A DNA stretch of 63,350 bases, the filler included, from Collodictyon triciliatum (lineage: Eukaryota): the NCBI GenBank assembly GCA_043381765.1. It is 8 parts of 8 records of this genome, joined end to end, with 100 filler letters (N's around TTAATTAATTAA, not from the genome) between each part and the next. Parts side by side here need not be neighbours in the genome. Positions count along the whole stretch, not along the records: positions 32,322 to 40,284 come from JBHJMP010003646.1; positions 40,385 to 48,352 come from JBHJMP010003647.1; 6 more parts are not named here. The stretch is one strand, 5' to 3'. Every line of letters starts with the position of its first letter. Within the stretch, counting starts at the first letter, position 1. The notes beneath the pieces were generated by a model, which worked only from the letters and a program-made list of their open reading frames with translations, ran no database searches and had not been told where the DNA came from. The position numbers and the translations under genes were made by a program. Shown one piece after another: positions 33,969 through 44,332 of the stretch.

Positions 33969-34197
33969 TCGGCAAAACAAACAGTTACTGAAACAAAGGA
34001 AAAAGAGCGATCGATTTGCAACTCCTCCTTTTGTTTATGGAGTTACTTCATCTTCTCTCCAGTTCTGGCATTCGTCTTAACTGTTCCTTTAATAATTATG
34101 CTTTTTTTTTCATCGGGTGACTCTAGCTTCGCGTCCTTTTTTTTTTTTTTATTTTGCTTCGGATCCAGACAAACAAGTCAAACTAGAGCGCAGAACG

Positions 34198-37100
34198 ATG
34201 GGTAATATCCTTTCCTTTATTTTTTTTTTCCTCTCTCTCTCAAAGTAGCAACTGTCCTTTTTTTTTCTTTCTCCTTACGTCCTCTCATTTGCTATGATAC
34301 CTGTATGTCTCTTACACTCTTACCAAACTGCACACTCTACTCCACTCTACTCTAAGGCTCCGAAGAAGAAACACTGTACCCGATTGCGGTGCTGATCGAC
34401 GAACTCAAGAACGAGGACATTCAAGTGCGTCTGCAGTCGATCAAGCGACTCGGAACAATTGCTTTGGCTCTTGGCGTCGACCGCACACGAAGTGAACTGA
34501 TCCCTTACATCCACGGTATATTCCTGTCCATTTTGAATGTTATTTTTTTTTTTTAATAATAGCATGCAATCTTCATGTTCCAGTTTTTTTTTTATATGTC
34601 TTATCTTCGTTTTCTGTATTTTTCTACTTGCTTTTCATTTTGCTCCTTTACAACTTCTACATAGCTACATCTTTATCCCCGTGATCTCCTATAGTTTATC
34701 ACATTTCCTCTTTTCTAGTAAATTCTCTATTCACCAGTCTATTTCAAACTCTATACTTGTATTGACTGCTACTTTTCCCACGTGATACTGTTTCGTCCCC
34801 CTTCATTCTTATGTCAATCATTATTTAATTACGCTGAACATGTCAAGTATTTTATTCAGAGATAATTCATATGTTTGAAGATACTTTATACGGACCCTTT
34901 TATCAACCCCATTGTCGCAATAGAGTCCATCGACGATGACGATGAAGTCCTGCTGACTCTCGCGGATGAATTGGGAGGATTTGTGGATTATGTTGGCGGT
35001 CCCGATCACGCACATTTGCTCATTCAGCCTCTGGAAAGTCTCGCCATGGTGGAAGAAACCGTGGTTCGAGATAAGGTTTGTTATTTGCTGATTACGTTCC
35101 TTTCTGATGCTCGCATACATCTTGTGACACTATCTATTTATCTATTTATTTTGAAATAGTTTTGCTACACGTTTCGATATTTCTCCGCGTAGTCATCTTC
35201 CTTGGTTTCTTTGTTTCTTCGATAACATTGGATTTCATATTATTCTGCCACCGAATGTTTCTCACAGGCTGTAGAGTCGCTATCAAAAGTGATTGAGCAG
35301 ATGTCCTCTGACAGCGTTGTGGAGCACGTTGTTCCCATGCTACGGAAGTTATCTACAGCTGATTGGTTCACCTCACGAACTTCAGCATGCGGGATTTATC
35401 ACGTGGCATATCCTCGAGCTGGCACGATGAAAACGGAATTACGGACGTACGAGTCACACATATAAACTCTGATCACAAATATTCATATTTCTGCGAATGT
35501 CATTCTGCCCCAAAACAGGTATTTTCATGGCAAAATCCTTATGCGCTTTATATTTTTTTTTTGTCCCCTTTGCTATCTTTGGGCTTCACAAATGGAACGC
35601 AGGATGTTTGCCGCCCTCTGCCGTGATGAAACTCCCATGGTGCGACGCTCTGCTTCAGTGAATCTTGGGGTCTGTTTCTCGTGTAATTTGAATAAACTGT
35701 GAAGCAATATTTCCCAGATTTCACGAAAATGTGTTTCCTGTTTTCCATTATTCCATGCCAAACACCCTTCAAATATACACCGATCTTCACATTAAAACTG
35801 AACACACGAAATAATGCTTTCTGACCAAACCAGAAACTGGCCAAGAAGATCGAGAAGGATTTAGTCAAGGCTGAGATTATCCCGTCGTTCACTACCTTAT
35901 CTCAGGATGACCAAGACTCTGTCCGTCTTTTGGCGGTTGATAACTGCGTTGCCATTGGATCAGTTCTTACTGCAGAAGAGAATGCCAGTCTCATTCTGCC
36001 AACCATTCGTGCATGCTCGAGCGACAAGTCATGGAGAGTTCGCTACATGATAGCTGACCATTTCAATGAGGTTCTGGCAATTTTCAAAATGAAACAAAAT
36101 CATCTTGCCCTCACTCACATGATTTTGCATCTCCAAATTCATTTTCCATACCCATCGTATTTTCCAACACCTATCATCGCCTGTTGTACCATACAGAGAA
36201 TGTTGGGTAGCTACTTAATTATTTTTTTTTCCATTGAAACAGCTGAGCTCATGTGTCGGAGCCGAAATCACAAAGAGTGAACTTGTAAATACATACGTGC
36301 GCCTTCTGAGCGATACTGAGGCTGAAGTCCGAACTGCTGCAGTCTCTAAACGTATGCAATCTATCATCGAGTGTGTAACAATAAGGCGAATATTGCATAT
36401 GGAAACCATAGCAGTTCTGTTAATTTGTTTTATTTCACCTTCCTCTCTGTTTAGTTGCCAGCTTCTGTGCTCAAATTCCTGTGGAGGTGACACTGAAGCA
36501 AATCATCCCTTGTATTCGTTCATTGGCCATCGACCCATCCCAACACGTCCGATGTGAGCTATTTTATTGGCCTTTTTATTTTATTTTAGTTTGAAAGGAC
36601 AAGGCCTGAATCAAGTTCCTCAATCTTAACACTCTGCATTATTTGACTGATGAAGCCCCACCACTCCTACCCGCCCCACCCGTCCTATTTATCGATACAA
36701 CCTTCATCGCTGCAATACATGACCGAACAAATAAATTGGCACTCCTAGCATCCTTGGGTAACGTCATTATGGCTCTCACTCCCATCGTTAGCCGTTCAAA
36801 CACCATCGACCATGTTCTCCCTATCATCCTCCAACTTCTCAAGGACGAGTTTCCGGAAGTCCGCCTCAATGTCATCTCCAAGTTGGAGTCTGTCAACAAA
36901 GTCATAGGCGCTGAAATTTTGTCACAGGTAGGACACATCTCGCATTCATTCCAGCTCATTCATGATTTTAAATTGCCTCATGGACAGCACAATGCCACAT
37001 CCTACAATATTGAAAGAAAAGGCGTGTCTATGTATAGTCACTTCTCCCTGCGATTGTGGAGCTCGCAGAGGACCGTCAGTGGCGAATTCGCCTTGCCATC

Positions 37101-38233
37101 ATCGAACACATCCCGCTCCTTGTTGGGCAGTTGGGAACAAAGTTCTTTGATGACAAACTCAACAGCCTTTACATGAACTGGCTGGGAGACAGCGTCTATG
37201 CCGTTCGTGAAGCTGCTACTATTAACCTGAAGAATCTGACGGAATCCTTTGGTGAGTAGTCATATAATGACTGTTAGTATTCACATTTTTTTTCTATCTT
37301 CATCGTCCTATTTTCCCTTGGTATGTATTGCATCACTTTTCTTGGGTTGGTACTAACATACTTTTGGGGCAGGCGCTGACTGGGCGCGCGCGAACATCAT
37401 CCCTAAAGTGATGATTATATCACAGCATCCCAATTACCTTTATCGCATGACAGCTGTGTACTCCATCAAAACTCTGGGACCAGTCATGGGAGCGGACCTA
37501 ACAGCATCTGTTTTCATTCCGCTGCTTTCTCGGTCTGCTTAATATGACACATAAATTCAGCATATACTATCCTTCCATCAACTTAAATCCTGAAATAGTT
37601 GTACATCCAAAGCTGAATTTCACCAACGAGCTCTTTTATTGCCTTATCTGTTTTGCTGGTGTGATTCTTTTTTTTCTTTTCTCCCATGCTAATAGCCTTT
37701 GATATTTCTCTTTCTTTTTTTTTTACGTCGATTTATGGAACCTCCTATGTGCTCGTCAGACTCGTGTCAGACTCGGTCCCAAACATCAGATTTAATGTGG
37801 CAAAGGCTCTCCAGCAAGTCTCCAGTGTCGTTGAGTCTTCAATAAGTAACCATTGCTACACATTCTCTTCATAACTTACTCTTTCCTCCATGATTATTCG
37901 TTTGGCTTTTTATCCTTCATTTATTATTCGTATACATAATATTCGTAAATCATACAATCTCCCTTTACAAGTCCACTAGGGTTCAACATTTTTTTTATAT
38001 ATATATACTCCCGTCGCCCTGATGTTTACGAATATTTTTTTTAACGTGAAATTGCAGAGCTTATCCTGTTCCTTTCGCTATTCTCTATCCGCACTGCGCC
38101 ACTGGCCCTAATCCTCGCCTCCTCACCTTTAATTGCAGCGCAACAACAAATCAAGCCGCTACTGGGCCGCCTTGCAGAAGACTCTGACCGCGATGTCAAA
38201 TACTATGCGAACCACGCCCTGTCCCAGTTATGA
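34198..38233 (+). CDS. PPP2R1A: Protein phosphatase 2A scaffold subunit A (PR65, HEAT repeats), complete multi-exon gene
   Basis: First coding exon is ATGG. Then [97 protein letters not shown] at 38231-38233. Confidence 0.97.
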
Positions 38234-38955
38234 TGCCCCAGTGCTTTTCGCTCTGCACTCGTCTCCTAGAGAAACACAACCGAGAAGCGCGAATCCTGAG
38301 ACCAACTAGACCCAGATACAGACACCGCCGTTTCGCACTCTTCGTAGTTCCCCTTCCATTTGCTTTCTCGTCTTATGTGTGAAACCAATTTGCATCATAA
38401 ATCACTTCTTTGCCGCGGTTCCAGCCACTTGCCGAACTTCTGCTTCTGCAAACTTGCCTGGATGCGCCCGTTTCAAAGCCGCTTCTCTTCTTTCTTTATT
38501 TCCCCATTCTACGACCATCCTTTTTGCTATCCTATGCCCGCACTTTGTTCTCGCCCCACACCGCCGACTTCTTTCTGCGCAACCATTTTAATACTCTCCA
38601 TTAAAATAAAGAAAAAAAGAAAAAAACGCAGCAAGATATCCAAGAATCACGACTACCCGCCCAACCCTCATCTTGGCTAACCTGTCACCTAAAGCCATCC
38701 GTCCATACCCACAATTTTCTAATCATCATTTATTTGTTTTTGTGCGATTCTTGATGAAATCATTTCGATACACCTAAAACTGATATTGGCGGAAGAGCCG
38801 GCAAGGAGCCACGTCAGGAGAGCAACAGCCTGAAAAGAAAACCATTAAAGAAAACAGAATGAACAGATAAAAGCAATAGAAGCAGTTGCGGCGGCGCTTG
38901 AAAGGATAAATTGCGCCTTTGGTGAGCAGAGGATTCCCCACAACCAGCGCGGAGT

Positions 38956-40026
38956 TCATATAATCCGCTTCAAACGCAGAATCCGGTACATAGACGCAAA
39001 GATGGCGGCTCCCACGACCGTGACTCCGCTGGTGACTGTGTGTGATAAGGGTGGGTGTATGCGGGTGGCAAAGTTCAGCTGATGGTAAGGTGGATGCGTT
39101 CGAGATACAAACACGATGCTCATTCTTTTTTCTTTCTTTTCTTTTCTTTTTTTTCTCCTCTTCCTGGGAGCAAATGTCGATGCAAAATATATATGAATAT
39201 TGGTGTGAAGGCGATGAAATGAAGAGAACCGTAGTAAAAGGTTTCGGGATGTGACTCAAAGTGATTCATCAGGTTCATTCCAAAGACAGACGAGATTAGA
39301 GCAGCCGAGGAAACAGAAAGCGTTGCGACAGTAAGGACAAGATCGAGTCGGATGATTTGATTTCGCGTGCTATTTGGGTAAGGTCACGAATAGATTGGAT
39401 GGGTTATGAAGCCCCAATAAAGTGGAATAGGGTCTGACATAAGAAAAATAAAGAGATAAAAAGAAAAACAACATTTTCGCCCGTGTTTGGGATTAAATGT
39501 CCACCTATTCAGAGTCAAATTGATGTAGTCCTGTGTGGATTGCACAGTCATGCGGAGTTGAGCAACATCATTCACAATTTCGTCCACCTGGGGTATGTTC
39601 GATATTTGGCAAAAAATTGATTAGATATCAAAATTAATGACCACTGCAAAGAAAATAAAAGAAAGGAGGTGTATTTGCGAATGTGATACCTGCTGCAGGT
39701 AAGTCTCCAGCATCATCTCCATCTCATCATGTTGATCTACTAGACGGGCACACCTTTGGGTAAATTGTTTAGGCGCAAATACGATGCAAACAAAGCTCAA
39801 ATTAATTTTATGACAATCATCAAATGACTTGAAAGAGGGTAGTTTAAATGTTTATGAATTTTTTTTTATTTTTGTTGAGATAAATCCATGAGCTTGTATG
39901 TGGTTTACGACAGACCCAGTCTGAGCACGGATTGTAAGATACATTCCCGCCATGTCATTATTCGAGTTGAGAATCGCGGCGATGGCCTCCTTCACTTCAT
40001 TCACCGACACATCAAATGAAGTGAGA
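38956..40026 (-). CDS. MRS2: MRS2/CorA-family magnesium transporter, 3' exons (5' end missing)
   Basis: NDMAGMYLT, EMEMMLETY, TRNQIIRLDL, TM1 ending FGMNL (GMN motif), TM2 FYYVTSGVTVVGAAIFASMY. Stop at 38956-38958. Confidence 0.92.
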
Positions 40027-40100
40027 CTATGATATTACACATCGGTCTACATTAACCAAAACCATAGCACACTGCTTGGCTGCAAGCATAGTTTGAAACA

Positions 40101-40284
40101 TAAAAGTAAATAAAAGTAAATAAAAGTAAATAAAAGTAAATAAAAGTAAATAAAAGTAAATAAAAGTAAATAAAAGTAAATAAAAGTAAATAAAAGTAAA
40201 TAAAAGTAAATAAAAGTAAATAAAAGTCAATAAAAGTCAATAAAAGTCAATAAAAGTCAATAAAAGTCAATAAAAGTCAATAAA
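40101..40284. repeat. (TAAAAGTAAA)n/(TAAAAGTCAA)n minisatellite at contig end
   Basis: Directly visible. Confidence 0.95.
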
Positions 40285-40384
40285 NNNNNNNNNNNNNNNN
40301 NNNNNNNNNNNNNNNNNNNNNNNNNNNNTTAATTAATTAANNNNNNNNNNNNNNNNNNNNNNNNNNNNNNNNNNNNNNNNNNNN

Positions 40385-40745
40385 TTGGAGATGCGCTGCT
40401 CTTGGGTCTTGCGATGTACGGGCTTGTCCGGTGTTGGCGATGAAGGGCTCGAGTGCGAGGATTCTGAAGAGGAACCGAGATTTTCTTCCATGTCATCGTC
40501 GCTGTCACTGTATGTGCGTATCTGCTGTGAGTCTTGCGGACTTTGTTGTTGCCTGGCCTTGGCTTCCTTGACTCCGTTGCTGCTTGTCTGCTTGGCGGGT
40601 GTATTCTTTTGCGGGGTTTTTACTTGTCATTCGTTATTTGTGGCTGGCGGACGCTCTTTGAGGATGCGCTTTGGATACTTTTTCCTATGACCGTAAACTT
40701 TGCAGGGAGCTGGTTCTTGTGACAAAGAAGCTTCACCACGGCCGT
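40385..40745 (-). other. GC-richer degenerate reading frame flanking the viral element (host or retroelement remnant)
   Basis: Minus frame RGEASLSQEPAPCKVYGHRKKYPKRILKERPPATNNE*QVKTPQKNTP...DSDDDMEENLGSSS has one in-frame TGA. Composition differs from the element. Confidence 0.3.
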
Positions 40746-41185
40746 GTCTGTGGAGAAGCCTTTGTCCTTTATCTCTTTATTTTATGTGAAGGACGCATCT
40801 TTTTTCTTTCTTTTTGGAACAGAATATCATTTCGTCGTATTTAGATGTTTGCCATTGGAATGCTTATTCCCTTCTTTTCAAAATTTTTACTTTTTTTTTC
40901 GAACGAAGATATAAATGGCAGTCTCTCTGACTCTTATTTTAGAAAAATGATTATATGATTATGTCCACTCACAACAATACTGCAACGATGCAATCAAGAC
41001 GTAGTTTGGTGCAGTGATATCTTGCGGATTCTTGATTCAATCACACAAAATGCCAAAGCGAGAAGAAATGAAAACATTCACTTTATGTTGCGTGGCTAAT
41101 AAATTGAATTGAATTACAGTAAGAATAAACAATATGTGAAATATGTTGAATTATAAATGCATATTAATGCAAAAAACGATTCAAA

Positions 41186-41228
41186 TGTGGTATTATCACC
41201 TATATATTATAGAGGTGATAATACCACA
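41186..41228. repeat. Perfect 16-bp inverted repeat (hairpin)
   Basis: TGTGGTATTATCACCT (41186-41201), 11-nt loop, AGGTGATAATACCACA (41213-41228). Confidence 0.95.
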
Positions 41229-41342
41229 GATTGCCGCTTTTCAACCTTTCAAAACCCGCTTTTCATATCTGCCTACCAGTCAATCGCCTACCCCCACCCC
41301 ATTATTCTCACGCTACTTCCATTTATGGTATGTGTTGTCAGT

Positions 41343-41834
41343 TTATTGTTTTTGTTTCTTCGACGACGGTCCCGACTTCAAGCTTGGTGGCGCAGATATC
41401 TCTTCGTGTTTATTCTCCAGCAGAATAAAGAGTTGAATCAAAAGCACGCGGCACATCTCCTGCGACAATTTAATTTGTCGAGCTCCCACGCCTGGCGGCA
41501 CATCCAGAACCATCATACAAGCTCGTCCTGTTGCTTCAAGATGTTTCTCCAAGTCCACATTCTCATAGTCCCAGTCCTGGACAGCATCCACATATTCACT
41601 TTGTCTACCACGTAATATCCATGTCGCTTCCTTAGCTAGTCCACCTTTAATCTTCATTGTCTCCCAATTATCCATTATAGCGTCACCAGCAGCAAAGTCA
41701 AAACTTTGAAACTTAATTTCATATCTACCGCCTCTTACACCAGGTTGAGCTTCCCATTTTTCAACAAAGTAACGATACCCAGCCGAATGATATACCTTTT
41801 CATCGGTATATGTCTTGATTGATTGGCATGCCAT
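41343..41834 (-). CDS. Element hypothetical protein, 163 aa
   Basis: Intronless ATG-initiated ORF, divergent from 41990 ORF, with a basic C-terminus. No motif recognised. Confidence 0.7.
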   Translation of the reverse strand: MACQSIKTYTDEKVYHSAGYRYFVEKWEAQPGVRGGRYEIKFQSFDFAAGDAIMDNWETMKIKGGLAKEATWILRGRQSEYVDAVQDWDYENVDLEKHLEATGRACMMVLDVPPGVGARQIKLSQEMCRVLLIQLFILLENKHEEISAPPSLKSGPSSKKQKQ

Positions 41835-41989
41835 TGTAATCTAATTAATTAATGTTAGTATCTGATTATCTTTTTTATATATACTACCCTACAACTTTTA
41901 AGCCATCAATTTTATAAAAATCACTTCATTAATTACTTACTTAAAACCAATGCGTTAGATATCTATAAAAATAATCCGTCAATTTAATA

Positions 41990-42571
41990 ATGGCTCCCAA
42001 GAAATATACCCGCAAAGAACCCGCACGCACTGAAGACTCGTCCAAAACTAAAACTAAAACCTCTCTGCCTACCGACGACAAAGACTATAAAAAAGCTGAG
42101 TACTCTGACCTCAAGAAAGGTGACTACATTATGTATGAAGTAAAAGCTAGAACTTATCAAGGCAAAGATTATCCCGCCAAAGTCAATCAAGGTTTCGTGT
42201 CTATGCTTCAGAACGAAGTTGGAGACGCTCTCTGGAAAGATCAAGATGGTAAAGTACTTGGAATGACAAACTATGGTAAGTCATGGACCAATAACACAAA
42301 AGACATCGGCGACATATACAAACAGACCGAGGAAGCTGCTTTGGCTAAAAAGAAAAAGGGTCTTGAGTCGATTGCCAAGAAGGCACCTGAACGCGCACAG
42401 AAACGCAAGATCAAAGCTGAAGTCGAAGCTGAAATATTGGATAAAGAAAAGAAAGAAGCCAAGCTAACAGAATTAGATGCTGACGCTTTAAAAAAACTAG
42501 CAGAGTCCATTCAGACTGAACTCAAATCCAAGAAGCGACGCGTCACTAAAACTTTCAAACCCAAAGAATAA
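41990..42571 (+). CDS. Element hypothetical Lys-rich protein with C-terminal coiled coil, 193 aa
   Basis: Intronless ORF with NLS-like KSKKRR; a hairpin follows the stop directly. Confidence 0.8.
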   Translation: MAPKKYTRKEPARTEDSSKTKTKTSLPTDDKDYKKAEYSDLKKGDYIMYEVKARTYQGKDYPAKVNQGFVSMLQNEVGDALWKDQDGKVLGMTNYGKSWTNNTKDIGDIYKQTEEAALAKKKKGLESIAKKAPERAQKRKIKAEVEAEILDKEKKEAKLTELDADALKKLAESIQTELKSKKRRVTKTFKPKE

Positions 42572-42604
42572 AATTAAACTATGATATATATCATTGTTTA
42601 ATTT
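42571..42604. terminator. Palindromic hairpin between convergent genes (candidate termination/polyadenylation signal)
   Basis: AAATTAAAC-T-ATGATA-TA-TATCAT-T-GTTTAATTT fills almost the whole intergenic gap. Confidence 0.65.
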
Positions 42605-42607
42605 ACA

Positions 42608-44002
42608 TTAAATTATATTCGATTCTAAAATATCGCCATCTGATTTTGTCACATTCTTACCATATGTTAGTATTCTTCTTAGCTTCTCTAGATTCTTTTT
42701 CTGATAAAGCAGAAGTGGAGCTTTTAAAGCATCGCCATACTCCTTTACATATTTATCATACAGTTTCTGAATCTTTGGTTTTTGTGCTTCCAATTCTTCT
42801 TTCCTACCTTCCTTTCGAATGTCAAACTTGCCAGTGCGATTTGTAAAGTTCTTAGCTAATGACCATAATACAGTATATGCTTTACGAGCTGCTTGTGCAT
42901 CTGTTGACAAACCTGGTCTACCTCTTGCTTTTCTCATATCACTATCCTTTTTTACAAAATCTACTTTCGGTTTAAAGTCTTCTGGAGTTTCATCATCGAC
43001 AGGCTGTAAATCTCTGCGCAGATACTTTTTCTGCTTCAATATCTTTTTGTCTTCCTCGCTGCCTTCCAAAATATATTGTGGTGCTTTGAATCCTTCTTTG
43101 TGTACGATGACTTTGTTAATTGTAAATGTTTCATTTGAGAATTTAGGTATCCAGCCTTTTTGTGTTTTGTATTTGTTTCTTTCTTGTGTCGTTAGATTTG
43201 TTTTGTTTAGACTCACTCTTACTAACTGGCCTACTTCCAACAGATTGTCTTTCTGACTAACTTTAGCTTTATCTATTTTCTCTTGATTTGCTTGAATCAA
43301 CTTTGTCATGTTTTCTTTTGTAGCAGCATTGTTAGGTATGACTCCTGTATGTCTATTTGGTTGGTCATTAATACTATCAACTGTCTTTTCCAATATATCT
43401 TTATTCAATACTGAATCGCCAGTCTTTTGTTGATACTTGTATAAAGCATTCTTTACAACTTGATTCATTCTTTCCACATACGCTTGAGATGTAGGGTTAT
43501 ACGCAGAACTCTTTACGTGTTTTAGATTATTTGCTTGTAGCCACGACTTGTCATATTTAAATTCTGTGCCGTTGTCTGTTTGCACCACTGTCAAGGCTGG
43601 ATAATCTTTTTTTAACTGCTCCACTGCTTTCTTTGATTCCGCTAGCGTCTTGTCTTTCATAGGATATACAAAAACCTTTCGCGTCAATAGAACAACACAC
43701 ACCATTAGATATTTATATCCATCTGCCAATTCAGTATCATCTTTATTTAAATTCTTTACATCTATCAAATCTAGTTGGGCATATCCTGGGGATGTCACGT
43801 TAAATGGATTCACATCCTTGCTCTTTAATGCTCTTTTATTTATTTGCTGGTAGGGATTCTTTTTCAACCAGCGCGCAATGTAGGTCCTAGGAATCTCCTT
43901 GTTGAAATGTCTATACAGCGAGTCTATGCTATTGACCTGACCCGGATCGTTAAATCGCTTCTGTAACTTCTCATCGTAATTTTGACTAGAGCTTTTTTCC
44001 AT
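42608..44002 (-). CDS. Retroviral-type (rve, DDE) integrase of Polinton/Maverick type, 464 aa
   Basis: QLDLID (D1), YKYLMVCV, QTDNGTEF (D2), SQAYVERMNQ (E). Polinton-type C-terminal block VGQLVRV..KGWIPKFSNETFTI..YLRRDLQPV. Frame intact. Confidence 0.93.
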   Translation of the reverse strand: MEKSSSQNYDEKLQKRFNDPGQVNSIDSLYRHFNKEIPRTYIARWLKKNPYQQINKRALKSKDVNPFNVTSPGYAQLDLIDVKNLNKDDTELADGYKYLMVCVVLLTRKVFVYPMKDKTLAESKKAVEQLKKDYPALTVVQTDNGTEFKYDKSWLQANNLKHVKSSAYNPTSQAYVERMNQVVKNALYKYQQKTGDSVLNKDILEKTVDSINDQPNRHTGVIPNNAATKENMTKLIQANQEKIDKAKVSQKDNLLEVGQLVRVSLNKTNLTTQERNKYKTQKGWIPKFSNETFTINKVIVHKEGFKAPQYILEGSEEDKKILKQKKYLRRDLQPVDDETPEDFKPKVDFVKKDSDMRKARGRPGLSTDAQAARKAYTVLWSLAKNFTNRTGKFDIRKEGRKEELEAQKPKIQKLYDKYVKEYGDALKAPLLLYQKKNLEKLRRILTYGKNVTKSDGDILESNII

Positions 44003-44081
44003 TATTATAATCTACATTTTAATTTACCCAAATAAACGCAACTTAAAAACAATAGTACATATACATGTAAAAACCTACAAC

Positions 44082-44306
44082 ATGGACAAATTAAATGCCG
44101 AGGAAGAACGACTACTCAACACTCTTATTTTTCGAGAATTCGAATTCACACTCAAGGAATTACGCGAACTGGTACGCTCTGCTCTTAGAATAAGAAAACG
44201 GAACGCAAGGCAATACCGCTTGCGCATGGAAAAAAAGAAAGCTATTCAAACTAATTACGTCAAAGTCGAACAGCCTACCATGGAGCCATTATTAGAAACA
44301 AAATAA
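44082..44306 (+). CDS. Element small basic helical protein, 74 aa
   Basis: ATG ORF divergent from the integrase, with basic RIRKRNARQYRLR; a hairpin overlaps the stop. Confidence 0.7.
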   Translation: MDKLNAEEERLLNTLIFREFEFTLKELRELVRSALRIRKRNARQYRLRMEKKKAIQTNYVKVEQPTMEPLLETK

Positions 44307-44332
44307 ATTGTGTGTATCACACTATTTATTTT
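44300..44332. terminator. Palindromic hairpin between convergent genes
   Basis: AAAATAAAT-T-GTGTG-TAT-CACAC-T-ATTTATTTT; same architecture as 42571-42604. Confidence 0.65.

Noticed and set aside
34205-34213. ATATCCTTT, a U12 AT-AC donor consensus, near the PP2A-A start
   Set aside because: A canonical G|GTAATA donor 3 nt upstream gives the correct frame, and I found no matching branch site or in-frame AC acceptor.
41193-41222. TATCACC/GGTGATA resembling lambda operator half-sites
   Set aside because: Spacing differs from lambda operators and there is no phage context; it is part of the hairpin.
41907-41914. AAAATTGA (Mimivirus early promoter word) upstream of the 163-aa ORF on the minus strand
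   Set aside because: A single AT-rich 8-mer is expected by chance at this composition; not counted as independent evidence.
42819-43256. Antisense ORFs over the integrase, primase, ATPase, SUFU-GATA and NPRL3 genes
   Set aside because: Shadow frames of real genes with no motifs of their own.
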